64,000 bases of DNA from Candidatus Latescibacterota bacterium (lineage in GTDB: Bacteria > Latescibacterota > UBA2968 > UBA8231): positions 3,360,001 through 3,424,000 of the forward strand of contig OZ252098.1 of the NCBI GenBank assembly GCA_965248355.1, in the 5' to 3' direction. Each line of letters opens with the position of its first letter. Within the stretch, counting starts at the first letter, position 1. The position numbers were made by a program, and so were the translations under genes. Of the stretch, positions 39,215-48,587 are shown piece after piece. The notes under the pieces were generated by a model that saw only the letters and a list, made by a program, of their open reading frames with translations, made no database searches and was not told the origin of the DNA.

Positions 39215-41434
39215 TCAGGTGGCGGGCGCCCCGGAGCTGAAGCCCTTCCGGGCCAGCACGATCCTGAACTCGGTGTATTCCCCCTCTTCGGTCTCCACCT
39301 GGAACTCCCCGCCGTGCTCGCGCACGATCTCGTGGGAGATGGAGAGCCCCAGACCGGTGCCCTGAGTGCCGGACTTGGTGGTGAAGAAGGGGTCGAAGAT
39401 CTTGTCGACGATGTGGTCCGGAATGCCCGTGCCGTTGTCGCGGATGGATACGCTGACGCTGGTCTCGCTGCCCTCGGTCCTGAGCCACACGGTGGGCTCG
39501 TAGGTGCCCTCGGTCTCCTTGCCGCGCGCGATCGTGGCATGACAGGCGTTCGTCACCACGTTGAGGAAGACCCGGCTCAGATCCCGGGAGACGGCTTCCA
39601 CTTCGCCGGCGGCGTCGTCGAACTCCTTGACCAGATTGATGTTGAAGGTCGAGTCCGTTCCCCTGAGACCGTGGTAGGCGAGCTTGGCGTACTCGTCGAG
39701 CAGCAGATTCACGTCCACCGATTCCACCTGTCCCGCCTCGTTGCGGGAGTGGGCCAGCATGCCCTCGACGATGCGGTTGGCGCGCTCGCCGTGCTCCTTG
39801 ACCTTGACCACGTTGCCGCTGAGGTCGCCGAGGATCTCCTCCACCAGCTCCTCGTCCATGCCGCCCTCACCGTCCCCCTCCCCTTTCAGCTCCTCCCGCA
39901 GCTCTTCGATCAGCTCCGAGGACAGGCCGGCGAAGTTGTTCACGAAGTTGAGGGGGTTCCTGATCTCGTGGGCGATGCCGGCGGTGAGAGCGCCCAGGGA
40001 GGCCAGCTTCTCCTGGCTGATGACCTGCTGCTGGGTGCGCTTGAGGTCTTCCAGGATGGTCTCGAGCTCGGCGTTCTTGGCCTGGACCTCAGCCGCCAGC
40101 TTCTCCACCAGGTTGAGGCGCTGCACCTCCACGGCGTGCTTCCGAAAGACCTCCAGGGCCTCGGCCATGTCGGTCACCTCGTCGTTGCCGTCGATCCGCA
40201 CCTCCACCTCGAGGTCTCCCTTCGACATCCGCCGGGTGGCGTCGAAGAGTCCGGCCATCCGGACCAATAGACGCTCGCCGAAGAACCTCCAGGCGAAGTA
40301 GGCGCCCACGAGGGTGACCAGGGTGACCCCCAGCAGGAACCAGAACCCGATGCGCACCAGGTTCCGGGAGCGATTGGCCGCGTTGTGGGTGGAGACCTCG
40401 GCGTCCTTCACCAGGCCTTCCACCATGGCCACCAGATCGGCGGTCGTCTGCTGGTTGCGCGCCAGCAGGTCCTCTGAGCGGCGGACTTCCATCAGCTCGC
40501 GGGTGCGGGTCTCGAAGGCGCCGTCCGGGGCGGCGTAGAAATCGTCCAGGGTCGCCACCCGCGGCTGGAGCCGGGCCCTGATCTCGGGCCTGATCCCGGC
40601 CAGGGCCCGCCGCACGTCGCTCATGGCGGTTTCCACCCGTTCCCGGTTCGCCCGCAACAGTTCCGGATCGTTCTCCGTCATCGCCTGCTGGATGAAGGTG
40701 GTGGTGAGGTTCTGCGAAGCCTGGAAGTCGAGGAGGCCGGTGTAGTGGGCGAGCTCGGTCCTCGACGTCCGCCGGCCCGCGGGGACCGGAACATCGTCGA
40801 GGCCGCGGAGCCCGGTGTGCATGAAGAAGTGCTGATCGTCGACCAGCTCCTCCAGCAGGAGCTGCAGCTCGAGGCCGAGGCTCTCCACCTGACCTTCCAG
40901 CTCCCTGAGGCGGGACCGGTACTCCATCCTGCGGGCTACCGACTCCTGGATCTGGTTGATGCTCTCCACCAGGCTGTCGGCCAGCGGCACGACCGCGCTC
41001 CCGACGCCCCCCTCCACACCTCCCTTGGATTCGGCCCGCATCACCTCCACGAGCCACCGGCGAAGCGTCTCCTCCTCCCGGACCACGTCCCGGCCCACCT
41101 CCTTCAGGTCCGCGGGATCGTCGGCGGCCAGGAGCCGCGGCGAGGCCCGCACCAGCTCGGAGCTGCTGCGGGCCACCTCGAAGGCGGCCACCAGGGCCGG
41201 CATGTGGCCTTCGGTGACCTCGCTCTGCCGGGAGCTCACGATGCTCATCAGCAACAGGGCCAGGACCACGGCGCCGATGGTCATGGTCACCCCGACGCCC
41301 AGCCCCACCGCGATCTGGCTGCCGATGCCGAAACGCCCTCCCGTGGCCTGGCGGATCCGCTCGCCGAGACGGCCGGGGAACCGTTCCAGGAACAACTCGA
41401 AGGCGGAGTGGATTCGCTGGTCCGTCGTCTTCAT
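39215..41434 (-). CDS. Sensor histidine kinase (large helical TorS-like periplasmic domain, HAMP, HisKA, HATPase)
   Basis: EKLASLGALTAGIAHEIRNP, NVVTNA, DNGTGIP, FDPFFTTK, GTGLGL; ATGA coupling to the binding-protein gene. Confidence 0.93.
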   Translation of the reverse strand: MKTTDQRIHSAFELFLERFPGRLGERIRQATGGRFGIGSQIAVGLGVGVTMTIGAVVLALLLMSIVSSRQSEVTEGHMPALVAAFEVARSSSELVRASPRLLAADDPADLKEVGRDVVREEETLRRWLVEVMRAESKGGVEGGVGSAVVPLADSLVESINQIQESVARRMEYRSRLRELEGQVESLGLELQLLLEELVDDQHFFMHTGLRGLDDVPVPAGRRTSRTELAHYTGLLDFQASQNLTTTFIQQAMTENDPELLRANRERVETAMSDVRRALAGIRPEIRARLQPRVATLDDFYAAPDGAFETRTRELMEVRRSEDLLARNQQTTADLVAMVEGLVKDAEVSTHNAANRSRNLVRIGFWFLLGVTLVTLVGAYFAWRFFGERLLVRMAGLFDATRRMSKGDLEVEVRIDGNDEVTDMAEALEVFRKHAVEVQRLNLVEKLAAEVQAKNAELETILEDLKRTQQQVISQEKLASLGALTAGIAHEIRNPLNFVNNFAGLSSELIEELREELKGEGDGEGGMDEELVEEILGDLSGNVVKVKEHGERANRIVEGMLAHSRNEAGQVESVDVNLLLDEYAKLAYHGLRGTDSTFNINLVKEFDDAAGEVEAVSRDLSRVFLNVVTNACHATIARGKETEGTYEPTVWLRTEGSETSVSVSIRDNGTGIPDHIVDKIFDPFFTTKSGTQGTGLGLSISHEIVREHGGEFQVETEEGEYTEFRIVLARKGFSSGAPAT

Positions 41435-42621
41435 CGCGAGAGCCGTGTCACCGGGGCGAATCGGCCTTTGCGGATCATGGTCAGGAAGACCCGGTCGGAC
41501 CCCTGGTTGTCTCCAGGTCCGTACTCGACCAGGAACCCGCCCAGGTCGATGGGGCCCGCCTCCTCCAGGGTGCGGAGGAAGGCCTCGCGAGTGGGCGCGG
41601 CCGGTCCGCCGCCATCGCCGGAGGCAGCGGCGGCGCTCAGGGCATCGACCACGAGACGGCCGGCCAGGTAGCCCTCGAGGGAGACGAAGCCTGGTTGGGC
41701 TGTTTCGTCGACCGCCTCCAGGGCGGCGTGATAGCGAACCACGACCGGGATCCGGCTGTCGCGCGGGAAGGGCACCACCTGGGTCACCACCACTCCGTCG
41801 CCGTGGGGGCCCAGCTCCTCCAGGAGGGCGTTGCTGCCGACGAAGGATATGTTCACGAAGACGGCGACCATGCCGATCTTGCGGGCCCACTTGATGAAGT
41901 GGGCCGCCGGCCGGTAGGCGCCGATGATGATCACCGCCTCCGGGTCACTGTCCAGGAGGCCGAGAAGGGCCCGCTTCACGGCCACGGTGTTGCGCATGTA
42001 CGTGACCTCGCCCACCAGCTCCATGCCGCGCCGCTCGAGGGCCCGGCGAACCCCCGTCAGGCCGGCCATCCCGTAGCTGTCGTCCTGGTAGAGGATGGCG
42101 ATGCGCCGGATTCCCAGGTCACCGGTGAGCCGCTCCACCATCTCCTCCGTCTCCTGGAAGTACGAGGCGCGCACGTTCACCACGTAGCGCTGGTCGTCTC
42201 CCCGGAGCAGCTCGGCGCCGGTGAAGGGTCCGATGTAGGGAACCGACGCGCCGCTGGCGATCGGCTCGGCGGCGTTGGAGGTGGGCGTGCCCACGGCCCC
42301 GATGAGGCCGAAGACGCCATGGGCGATGAGCTCCCTGGTGTTGGTTACCGCGGCCTCGGGCTCGTAGCCGTCGTCCCGTACCAGGAGCCGGAGCCGGCGG
42401 CCGTGGATGCCGCCGGACCGGTTGGCCTCCTCGAAGGCGGCGCGGATCCCCAGGTTCATGTTGCGGCCCAGCTCGGCGGCCGGACCGCTCAGCGCCGCCG
42501 ACTGACCGAAGAGGATGGAGTCGGGATACACCCCGTCGCCGCCCCCCCGCATCCCCTGGCCGGCCGCGCCGGCGGGGACGAGCCCGAGCGCCGCGGCGGC
42601 GAGGAGGGCCAGGCGGGTCAT
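41431..42621 (-). CDS. Periplasmic ligand-binding protein (LivJ-like), paralog of 24082-25426
   Basis: Signal peptide; GQSAALSGP, DDGYEP, GAVGTPT, NVRASYFQE, NISFVGS, SLEGYLAG; alternative start 42633. Confidence 0.9.
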   Translation of the reverse strand: MTRLALLAAAALGLVPAGAAGQGMRGGGDGVYPDSILFGQSAALSGPAAELGRNMNLGIRAAFEEANRSGGIHGRRLRLLVRDDGYEPEAAVTNTRELIAHGVFGLIGAVGTPTSNAAEPIASGASVPYIGPFTGAELLRGDDQRYVVNVRASYFQETEEMVERLTGDLGIRRIAILYQDDSYGMAGLTGVRRALERRGMELVGEVTYMRNTVAVKRALLGLLDSDPEAVIIIGAYRPAAHFIKWARKIGMVAVFVNISFVGSNALLEELGPHGDGVVVTQVVPFPRDSRIPVVVRYHAALEAVDETAQPGFVSLEGYLAGRLVVDALSAAAASGDGGGPAAPTREAFLRTLEEAGPIDLGGFLVEYGPGDNQGSDRVFLTMIRKGRFAPVTRLSR

Positions 42622-42622
42622 C

Positions 42623-43783
42623 TCAGGAGGCATCTCCCAGGTAGCGCAGGGTCATGCAGGTGATGTCGTCGGACTGGGGGGCCTCGCCGGCATGGGCATG
42701 CACGGCCTCCACCACGCGGCGGCTGAAGTCGGCGGCGCTCGATCCGGCGGCCTCGGCCAGGACCCCGGTCAGCCTCTCGTCGCCGAACTCGACGCCGTTC
42801 GTGTCCATCGCCTCGTTGACGCCGTCGGTGTAGTAGAACAGCACGTCTCCCGGCTCCAGATCGAGGGTCCCCTCGGGGAACTCGAAGTCGGGCAACACCC
42901 CGAGGACCAGCCCCGGCGCGCAGTCGATCTGCCGCACCTCGCCGGACGGCTTGACCACGAACGGCAGGTTGTGGCCGGCGTTGGCGAACTCGAGGTGCCC
43001 CGTCATCGGATCGAGGTTCGTGTAGAACACGGTGACGAACATCGCCTCCTCGTTCGACTCCGCGAGCAGCTCGTTGACCTCTTTGAGGCACTTCGCCGGG
43101 TTGCTCTCGCCGATGGCGGTCCCCTTCATCAGGGTCCGGCTCACCATCATGAAGAGGGCGGCCGGCACTCCCTTCCCGGAGACGTCCGCCACCACGAGCC
43201 CCATGCGCTCGTCGGCGAGCCGGAAGAAGTCGTAGAAGTCGCCGCCGATCTCGCGGGCCGGGGTCATGGAGGCGTGAAGCTCGTACCTGGGGTTCTGGGG
43301 AAAGTCGGTGGGAAGGATGGACTCCTGCATCTGCGCCGCCACCCCGAGCTCCTGGCGCAAAGCCACCAGTTCGTCCCGGGACCGCAGCGCCTCACGCATC
43401 ACCAGAAGATGCTCGAGGGTCTTGTCGATCGTCGCCTCGAGATCGTCGAAGTCGATGGGCTTCGTCACGAAGTCGAAGGCGCCCCGGTTCATGGCGGTGC
43501 GGATGTTCTTCATGTCCCCGTACGCGGTGACCATCACCGCCCGCAGGTCGTACTCCAGATTGCCGAGCTGCTGCAGAAGGGTGAGCCCGTCCATCTCGGG
43601 CATGTTGATGTCCGACAGCACCAGGTCGACGTCGTCGTGTTCCTCGAGCTGCCTCAGGGCCTCGACCCCGTTCTGGGCGAAGATGAGGATGAGCTGTCCG
43701 GACCGGGTCTTGCGCCGGAACTTCTGCCGGAGCAGCAGTTCCAGATCCGGCTCGTCGTCCACGACAAGGATCTTCGGTACCAT
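42623..43783 (-). CDS. Response-regulator receiver + SpoIIE/PP2C phosphatase (RsbU-like)
   Basis: ILVVDDE, LSDINMP, FVTKP; EIGGDFYD, ADVSGKG, ANAGH, YTDGVNEA, QSDDIT. Confidence 0.95.
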   Translation of the reverse strand: MVPKILVVDDEPDLELLLRQKFRRKTRSGQLILIFAQNGVEALRQLEEHDDVDLVLSDINMPEMDGLTLLQQLGNLEYDLRAVMVTAYGDMKNIRTAMNRGAFDFVTKPIDFDDLEATIDKTLEHLLVMREALRSRDELVALRQELGVAAQMQESILPTDFPQNPRYELHASMTPAREIGGDFYDFFRLADERMGLVVADVSGKGVPAALFMMVSRTLMKGTAIGESNPAKCLKEVNELLAESNEEAMFVTVFYTNLDPMTGHLEFANAGHNLPFVVKPSGEVRQIDCAPGLVLGVLPDFEFPEGTLDLEPGDVLFYYTDGVNEAMDTNGVEFGDERLTGVLAEAAGSSAADFSRRVVEAVHAHAGEAPQSDDITCMTLRYLGDAS

Positions 43784-43958
43784 CGTCGCTCCAGGGTTGG
43801 ACATCTCGGTCGGCGATCTAAGGTACGCAAGACGATGATTGTAGCGCACGGCCTTTCTGAGCCGCAAGTGTACCCTCCCACGGGGCCCGCCTGGTTCTCT
43901 TTCACATTTTCCTGGGTATGATTTCCAGGATCGGCGGACGTCCAACGAGGAGGCAACG

Positions 43959-44291
43959 GTGACCCGGCCAGATGGCGGATTGAATCCTTCCGGAGCCCCC
44001 CGTCGGTCCGCGCAGCCGATTGCGATCATGGGCATGGCCTGCCGGTTCCCGGCGGAGGATCTCCCGGCCTTCTGGCGTCTGCTCGAAGCCGGCGGGAACG
44101 CGGTCACCGAGGTCCATCCGGGCTCAGGTGTCGGGAGAGCGGGCGAGTTGTTCCCGGACCCCGAGGCGCAGAACAAGGCCTGCCTCCTCGCCGGAGGGGT
44201 CCACTCGAAGAGAACGCGCCGGCATGAGTCCCGGTGTCCTCGGCTTGCCACCAGGGGCCGGCTGGCGAACACCCGGAGGACGGTTCCCTAA
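43959..44291 (+). pseudogene. N-terminal relic of a type I PKS ketosynthase (SupA-like)
   Basis: GAGGAGG RBS + [16 protein letters not shown]...[15 protein letters not shown]...[13 protein letters not shown]...AC, then jumps to LLAGGVH; no catalytic DTACSS motif. Confidence 0.8.
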
Positions 44292-44510
44292 CGCGTCACT
44301 CGCACCGTAACGACATCCAGTCCAGGAACTCCATCTCCACGGACCCTCCCTCGGGCTGGTCACCTCCAGGAAGGCCGTAAGGGCAATCGCCGTCGCCGTG
44401 CCAGGGGCCGACCAGCACGTCCTCGAAGATGTTGTGGTGCTTCATGCCGAGGCCGATGGAGAACGCCACTCCCGCCACGATGGCCTTCTGCAGATCGAGG
44501 CAAGCCATGA
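44288..44510 (-). pseudogene. Collapsed 3' relic of a second NCS2/RsbW-like fusion gene
   Basis: Segments LDLQKAIVAGVAFSIGLG, TAIALTAFLEVTSPR, EGGSVEMEFL and LDVVTVRVTR* match, in order, LDHRKAAVVGLAFWIGVG, AAIALTAFMELTAPR, EKGAELEFL and VDIVTVQV of 37086-38828. Confidence 0.85.
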
Positions 44511-44570
44511 GGATGCCCGTTGGCGTAGATCGACCCTGGAAGCGTCAGCCCCTTTCGAGGCGGATTCGGC

Positions 44571-45827
44571 TCAGGGCGCGAAGCGGTAGACCACCGGCAG
44601 CTTCGCGGTGTCCGTGACACCCGTGTCGGTGTGGTGGTAGATGTTCACCCTCCCCGTGCCGCAGTCCCCGAACTCGTCGCAGGAGAGAGCCCCGATGAGG
44701 CCTTGGAAGCCCTCCGTCGCCCCCAGTTCCTCGCGCAGGACGGCGCGGTCCACGCTCAGGGTCCCGGCGTCTTCCTCCGCGGCGGACTCGACGGCGCTGA
44801 GCAGCACCGTCGTGGCGTCGTAGGCGTGGGCCCAGTAGGGGGACGTGGGGGAGCCGCCGTACGTGGATTCATAGGCGGCAAGGACCTCCTCTGCGCTCTT
44901 TCCCGTGGCCCCATTGACGTTGGAGCCGAGGTCCGTCTCGGGCCCCGCGAAGTAGATGCCCTCCGATTGCGGCGTCCCCAGGAACTCCGACACGAGCAGG
45001 GCCGCGCCCGTGATGAGCGTCACCCCTTCCAGGCCGTCGAAGGACCGCGCCTGCTCGGCGAAGGGCGTGCCTTCGCCCTCGAAGAGCGGGAAGAAGAGGC
45101 CATCGGGCCCGGATTCCGCGAATTCCACCAGGACGGAGGTCATGTCCGTGGCGCCCTTCTCGATCGTGGAGATGGCCGGGACCTCACCCCCGATCTCGCG
45201 GAAGGCCGCGGCAAACGCGCTCACCAGGGCCGTGGTGTACGGGTCGCCGTCGTCGACGGCCGCCATGCGCCGCAGGCCCAGCTCGTTGTAGGCGAAGTCG
45301 GCCACCGCCCGCCCCTGGTAGAGGTCGTTGTTGGAGACGCGGAAGTAGCCGGGGTGGTAGTCGCGACTGGCGGTGCCGGCCAGGTCGGAGGTGAGCAGCG
45401 GCGAGGTGTTGCTCGGCGAGACCATCACCCGCCCCGCCTCGCTGAGCACCGGCGACGCGGCCACGGCCGCCGCCGAGCAGGAGGTGCCGATGACGCCCAG
45501 CACCTGGGCTTCGGCGGCGATCTGCTCGGCGCCGGTGCGGCCGCCCTCCGGCGTGCACATGGCGTCCAGGGATTCGCCGAGGTCGACGGCGTGACCCTGG
45601 ATGCTGCCGTAATCCCGCACGGCCAGCTCGCAGCCGTGGCGCAACGCCCCGCCAAGGGACGCTGCGCCGGTGATGGAAAGGAGCGACCGGATCTGCACCG
45701 CCTGGCCGGCGCCGATCTCCACGGCGCCGAGGGGTCCCGCCTTGCTGCCTGCCGGTTCATCCTCGCCGCATCCCGTCACCAGGACTAGGAGGAAGGGAAG
45801 CTGGACGCTTCTGATGGCCCTGGACAT
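44571..45827 (-). CDS. Branched-chain amino-acid-type ABC substrate-binding lipoprotein (no cognate permease nearby)
   Basis: Lipobox VTGC; GTSCS, SPSNTSPLLT, YFRVSNND, AHAYDA, CDEFGDCG. Confidence 0.9.
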   Translation of the reverse strand: MSRAIRSVQLPFLLVLVTGCGEDEPAGSKAGPLGAVEIGAGQAVQIRSLLSITGAASLGGALRHGCELAVRDYGSIQGHAVDLGESLDAMCTPEGGRTGAEQIAAEAQVLGVIGTSCSAAAVAASPVLSEAGRVMVSPSNTSPLLTSDLAGTASRDYHPGYFRVSNNDLYQGRAVADFAYNELGLRRMAAVDDGDPYTTALVSAFAAAFREIGGEVPAISTIEKGATDMTSVLVEFAESGPDGLFFPLFEGEGTPFAEQARSFDGLEGVTLITGAALLVSEFLGTPQSEGIYFAGPETDLGSNVNGATGKSAEEVLAAYESTYGGSPTSPYWAHAYDATTVLLSAVESAAEEDAGTLSVDRAVLREELGATEGFQGLIGALSCDEFGDCGTGRVNIYHHTDTGVTDTAKLPVVYRFAP

Positions 45828-45879
45828 GATCGTTCACCTCCTCGGGCTGCGGGCGCCCTGTGGACGCCACAGCCCAGGG

Positions 45880-46056
45880 TCAAGGGGTGGTCCGTAGCCG
45901 CCTCGTCTGCCGACCGAAGGTCTCGATGACCTCCAGTGTCTCGCGCACGTCGTCCCAGGTCAGCGAGAAAGTCCCCCGGAGCAACGTGGACGACACAAAG
46001 GCGCGGAAGGAGCGGCTCAACTGAAGGCCGCGGTCCGAGAGGTTGGGGTGGTTCGT
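45880..46056 (-). pseudogene. Collapsed 3' relic of a PLP-dependent (group II, aromatic-amino-acid-type) decarboxylase
   Basis: NHPNLSDRGLQLSRSFRA joined to FVSSTLLRGTFSL joined to TWDDVRETLEVIETFG; these motifs are normally far apart. Confidence 0.7.
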
Positions 46057-46105
46057 AGGCTTCGAAGTTCATGCTTGGGGCCGGGCGGTGAATCACATAT
46101 CGGCT

Positions 46106-47483
46106 TCAGTCCGGGTCGCGGTAGTCTCCCCCCTGGTCGGGGTCAACCATGAGGGCGAACTCGGGGTAGGCGTCGATTCCCAGCTCGCCCGCGTCCTGCC
46201 CGATCTCCTCGACGTCGCGCGAGACCCTGAGGCCCAGGGCCCGGCTCAGACCCAACCACACCAGGAGGGAGGCGAAAAAGACAAAGGCGCCCACGCTCAG
46301 CACTCCGATGAGCTGCACCAGGAAGTTGCCCCCCCCCGGCGATGCAGACCGCCAGCGTGCCCCAGACCCCGGCGAAGAGATGGGCGGGGACCGCCCCGAC
46401 CACGTCATCGATCCGCATGCGCTCCAGCAGTTTCAATCCGGCCGTGCACAGGGCCGCGCCCACGGCGCCGATGACGATCGCCCACCTGGCATCGAGGATG
46501 TCCGGTCCCGCCGTGATCGCCACCAGGCCGGCGATGGCGCCGTTGAGGGCGGCGAAGAGATCGGTGCGGCCCAGGATGGGCCGGGACACGAAGATCGCCG
46601 TGACCACGCCCGCGGCGGCGGCGAGGTTGGTGTTGACGAGGATGTTGCTCATGGCCACCGCGTCGGCCACGCCGGAGAGGGCCAGCTGGGAGCCGCCGTT
46701 GAAGCCGAACCAGCCCAGCCAGAGGATGAAGACGCCGAGAGTGACCGCGGGGATGTTGGAGGGAGGCGTGATCTTCACCGAGCCGTCCTTGCGGAACTTG
46801 CCCCACCGCGGGCCCACGACGATGGCGCCGGCCAGGGCCGCCCAGCCCCCGGTCGAGTGGACGATGGTGGAGCCCGCGAAGTCCTGGAAGCCCATCTCCG
46901 AAAGCCATCCCCCGCCCCAGGTCCAGGCCCCGACGATGGGGTAGATGATCCCCGTCAGGACCGCGGTGAAGGCGAAGAACGCCCAGAGCTTGACCCGCTC
47001 CGCCAGCACCCCCGAGACGATCGAGGCGGTAGTGGCCACGAAAACCATCTGGAAGAACCAAAAAGACATGGTGGAGTAGTTGTTGGCCACCACCCCGGCC
47101 AAGGCCCCCTCGTCTCCGTCCAGGAGGGCGATCTCTCCGTCGGACAGGCCGTAGAAAAGGTCGAGAGAGCCGATCAGGGCCCCCACGTCGACGTACATCA
47201 GGCTGTAGCCCAGGATGTAGTAGGTGAGCCCGGCGATGGCGTACAGGCCGATGTTCTTGAGGCAGATCATGGAGGCGTTCTTGGACCGCACCGAGCCGGA
47301 CTCCAGCATGGTGAACCCGGCGCACATCCACATCACCAGGGCGCCCCAGACCAGGAACGAGAATGTGTTGAGGACGAAGCCGGTCTGCTCCTCCGTGGCC
47401 GCGGCCGGTGACGGCGCCAGCAGAATCCCGACGGCGAAGAGGCCGGCGGCGGCCATGGCGGATCGGTGTTGGCGCAGGTTCAT
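46106..47483 (-). CDS. amtB: Ammonium transporter; +1 frameshift in a G9 run (46329-46337)
   Basis: FFQMVF, DFAGSTIVH, WLGWFGFNGGS, IDDVVGAVPAH (twin His kept); a G8 run would continue GNFLVQLIG...GLRVSRDVEEIGQD. Confidence 0.93.
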
Positions 47484-47627
47484 CGGGTGTGCTCCTCAAG
47501 CAGGTTTCGTGTTCCCATTCCGGGGTTGAGATGCAGTACGCCCGATCGGCGGCCCCAGGACGGGGTGCTGCGCCGGCGGACATCCCGCGGCGGCGAGAAG
47601 GCCGGTCCGGTGCACGCCATGGGAGTC

Positions 47628-47963
47628 TTATCCGAAACTGTCGCGGGCCTCCTCGACCGTGTCGAAGACCTTCGCCAGGCGCGAGAAGCCGCTGATCTCC
47701 AGCACCTCCAGGATGTGGTCGGGCACCCGGCACAGGGCCAGCCCCCCGCCGGCGGCGCTCGTCTTCCTGATGGCGATCAGGAAGACCCGCAGCCCCGCAC
47801 TGCTGATGTAGTTGAGCTCGCCGCAATCGACCACGAGTCCGGTGGACCCCTTGTCGATAATGGCGCTCAGCTCTTCTTCGAATTCCTTGGCGTTCGCGGA
47901 ATCCACGCGGCCGCTGACTGCGGCGACGGCCGTGGTTCCGGTGTGACTGGTCTCAACGTTCAT
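47628..47963 (-). CDS. STAS-domain anti-sigma factor antagonist (RsbV/SpoIIAA-like)
   Basis: SGRVDS, NYISSAGLR (phosphorylatable Ser), LEISGF; ATGA coupling. Confidence 0.93.
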   Translation of the reverse strand: MNVETSHTGTTAVAAVSGRVDSANAKEFEEELSAIIDKGSTGLVVDCGELNYISSAGLRVFLIAIRKTSAAGGGLALCRVPDHILEVLEISGFSRLAKVFDTVEEARDSFG

Positions 47964-48409
47964 GCATCGTCCTCCGGAGTCTCCAAGGGCTGCACGAGGT
48001 TCAGGCGATTGCACCCGTCCACCCGCTCATACGTGAGCTTGTGAACGAATGCCTTGGTGAGATGGATGCCGAGGCCACCGATGGGACGGCCCGAGGCAGG
48101 AAGGTCCACATCGGGGTCGGCGGCGTCCTCGAGCGGGTTGAATGGTTTTCCATTGTCCTGAATGACGGCCTCCACTTCGGTGTCGCTGAGGTGGAGGGTC
48201 ACGGTGATGATCGGATCCCGCGTGTCCTCCTCGAACCCGTAGGAAATCACGTTCGTCAGTATCTCGTCCAGCGCCAGCTGGAACCCGAATATCGTCCTCT
48301 CCGGAAGCCCGTTCTCGGCTCCGAAACGTTCGAACTGCTCCGCGATTCGCCTTGGCTCCTCGCTGTCGAGCCCGACGTCAAACTTCAGATTGACATCCAT
48401 TTTGGTCAT
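47960..48409 (-). CDS. Anti-sigma regulatory Ser/Thr kinase (RsbW-like, HATPase_c_2)
   Basis: LALDEILTNVISYG, QDNGKPFNP, GGLGIHL. Confidence 0.93.
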   Translation of the reverse strand: MTKMDVNLKFDVGLDSEEPRRIAEQFERFGAENGLPERTIFGFQLALDEILTNVISYGFEEDTRDPIITVTLHLSDTEVEAVIQDNGKPFNPLEDAADPDVDLPASGRPIGGLGIHLTKAFVHKLTYERVDGCNRLNLVQPLETPEDDA

Positions 48410-48563
48410 CCCCAGCCCGGACAGCCGCCCCTCGGCCGCCAGGAAAGATCATAAGGTCTCCTGCCGGCCACAAGAAGCCTGGCAGGGCGTGAAATTGTTA
48501 CTCGCCAAGTTTGACCGGCTGTCCTACAGTAGGGGGGTTCAGCAGCAATTGCAAAATTGCTCT

Positions 48564-48580
48564 TGCCTAAAAAATAGGCA
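48564..48580. promoter_or_regulatory. Perfect 17-bp palindrome TGCCTA-AAAAA-TAGGCA (NtrC/Fis-like box)
   Basis: TGC-N11-GCA geometry in the divergent rsbW / TonB intergenic region; a second inverted repeat AGCAATT-N4-AATTGCT lies at 48544-48561. Confidence 0.55.
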
Positions 48581-48587
48581 TTGTTTT

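Noticed and set aside
48410..48587. Sigma54 -24/-12 promoter beside the NtrC-like box
   Set aside because: No convincing TGGCAC-N5-TTGC match found by eye on either strand, which weakens the NtrC interpretation
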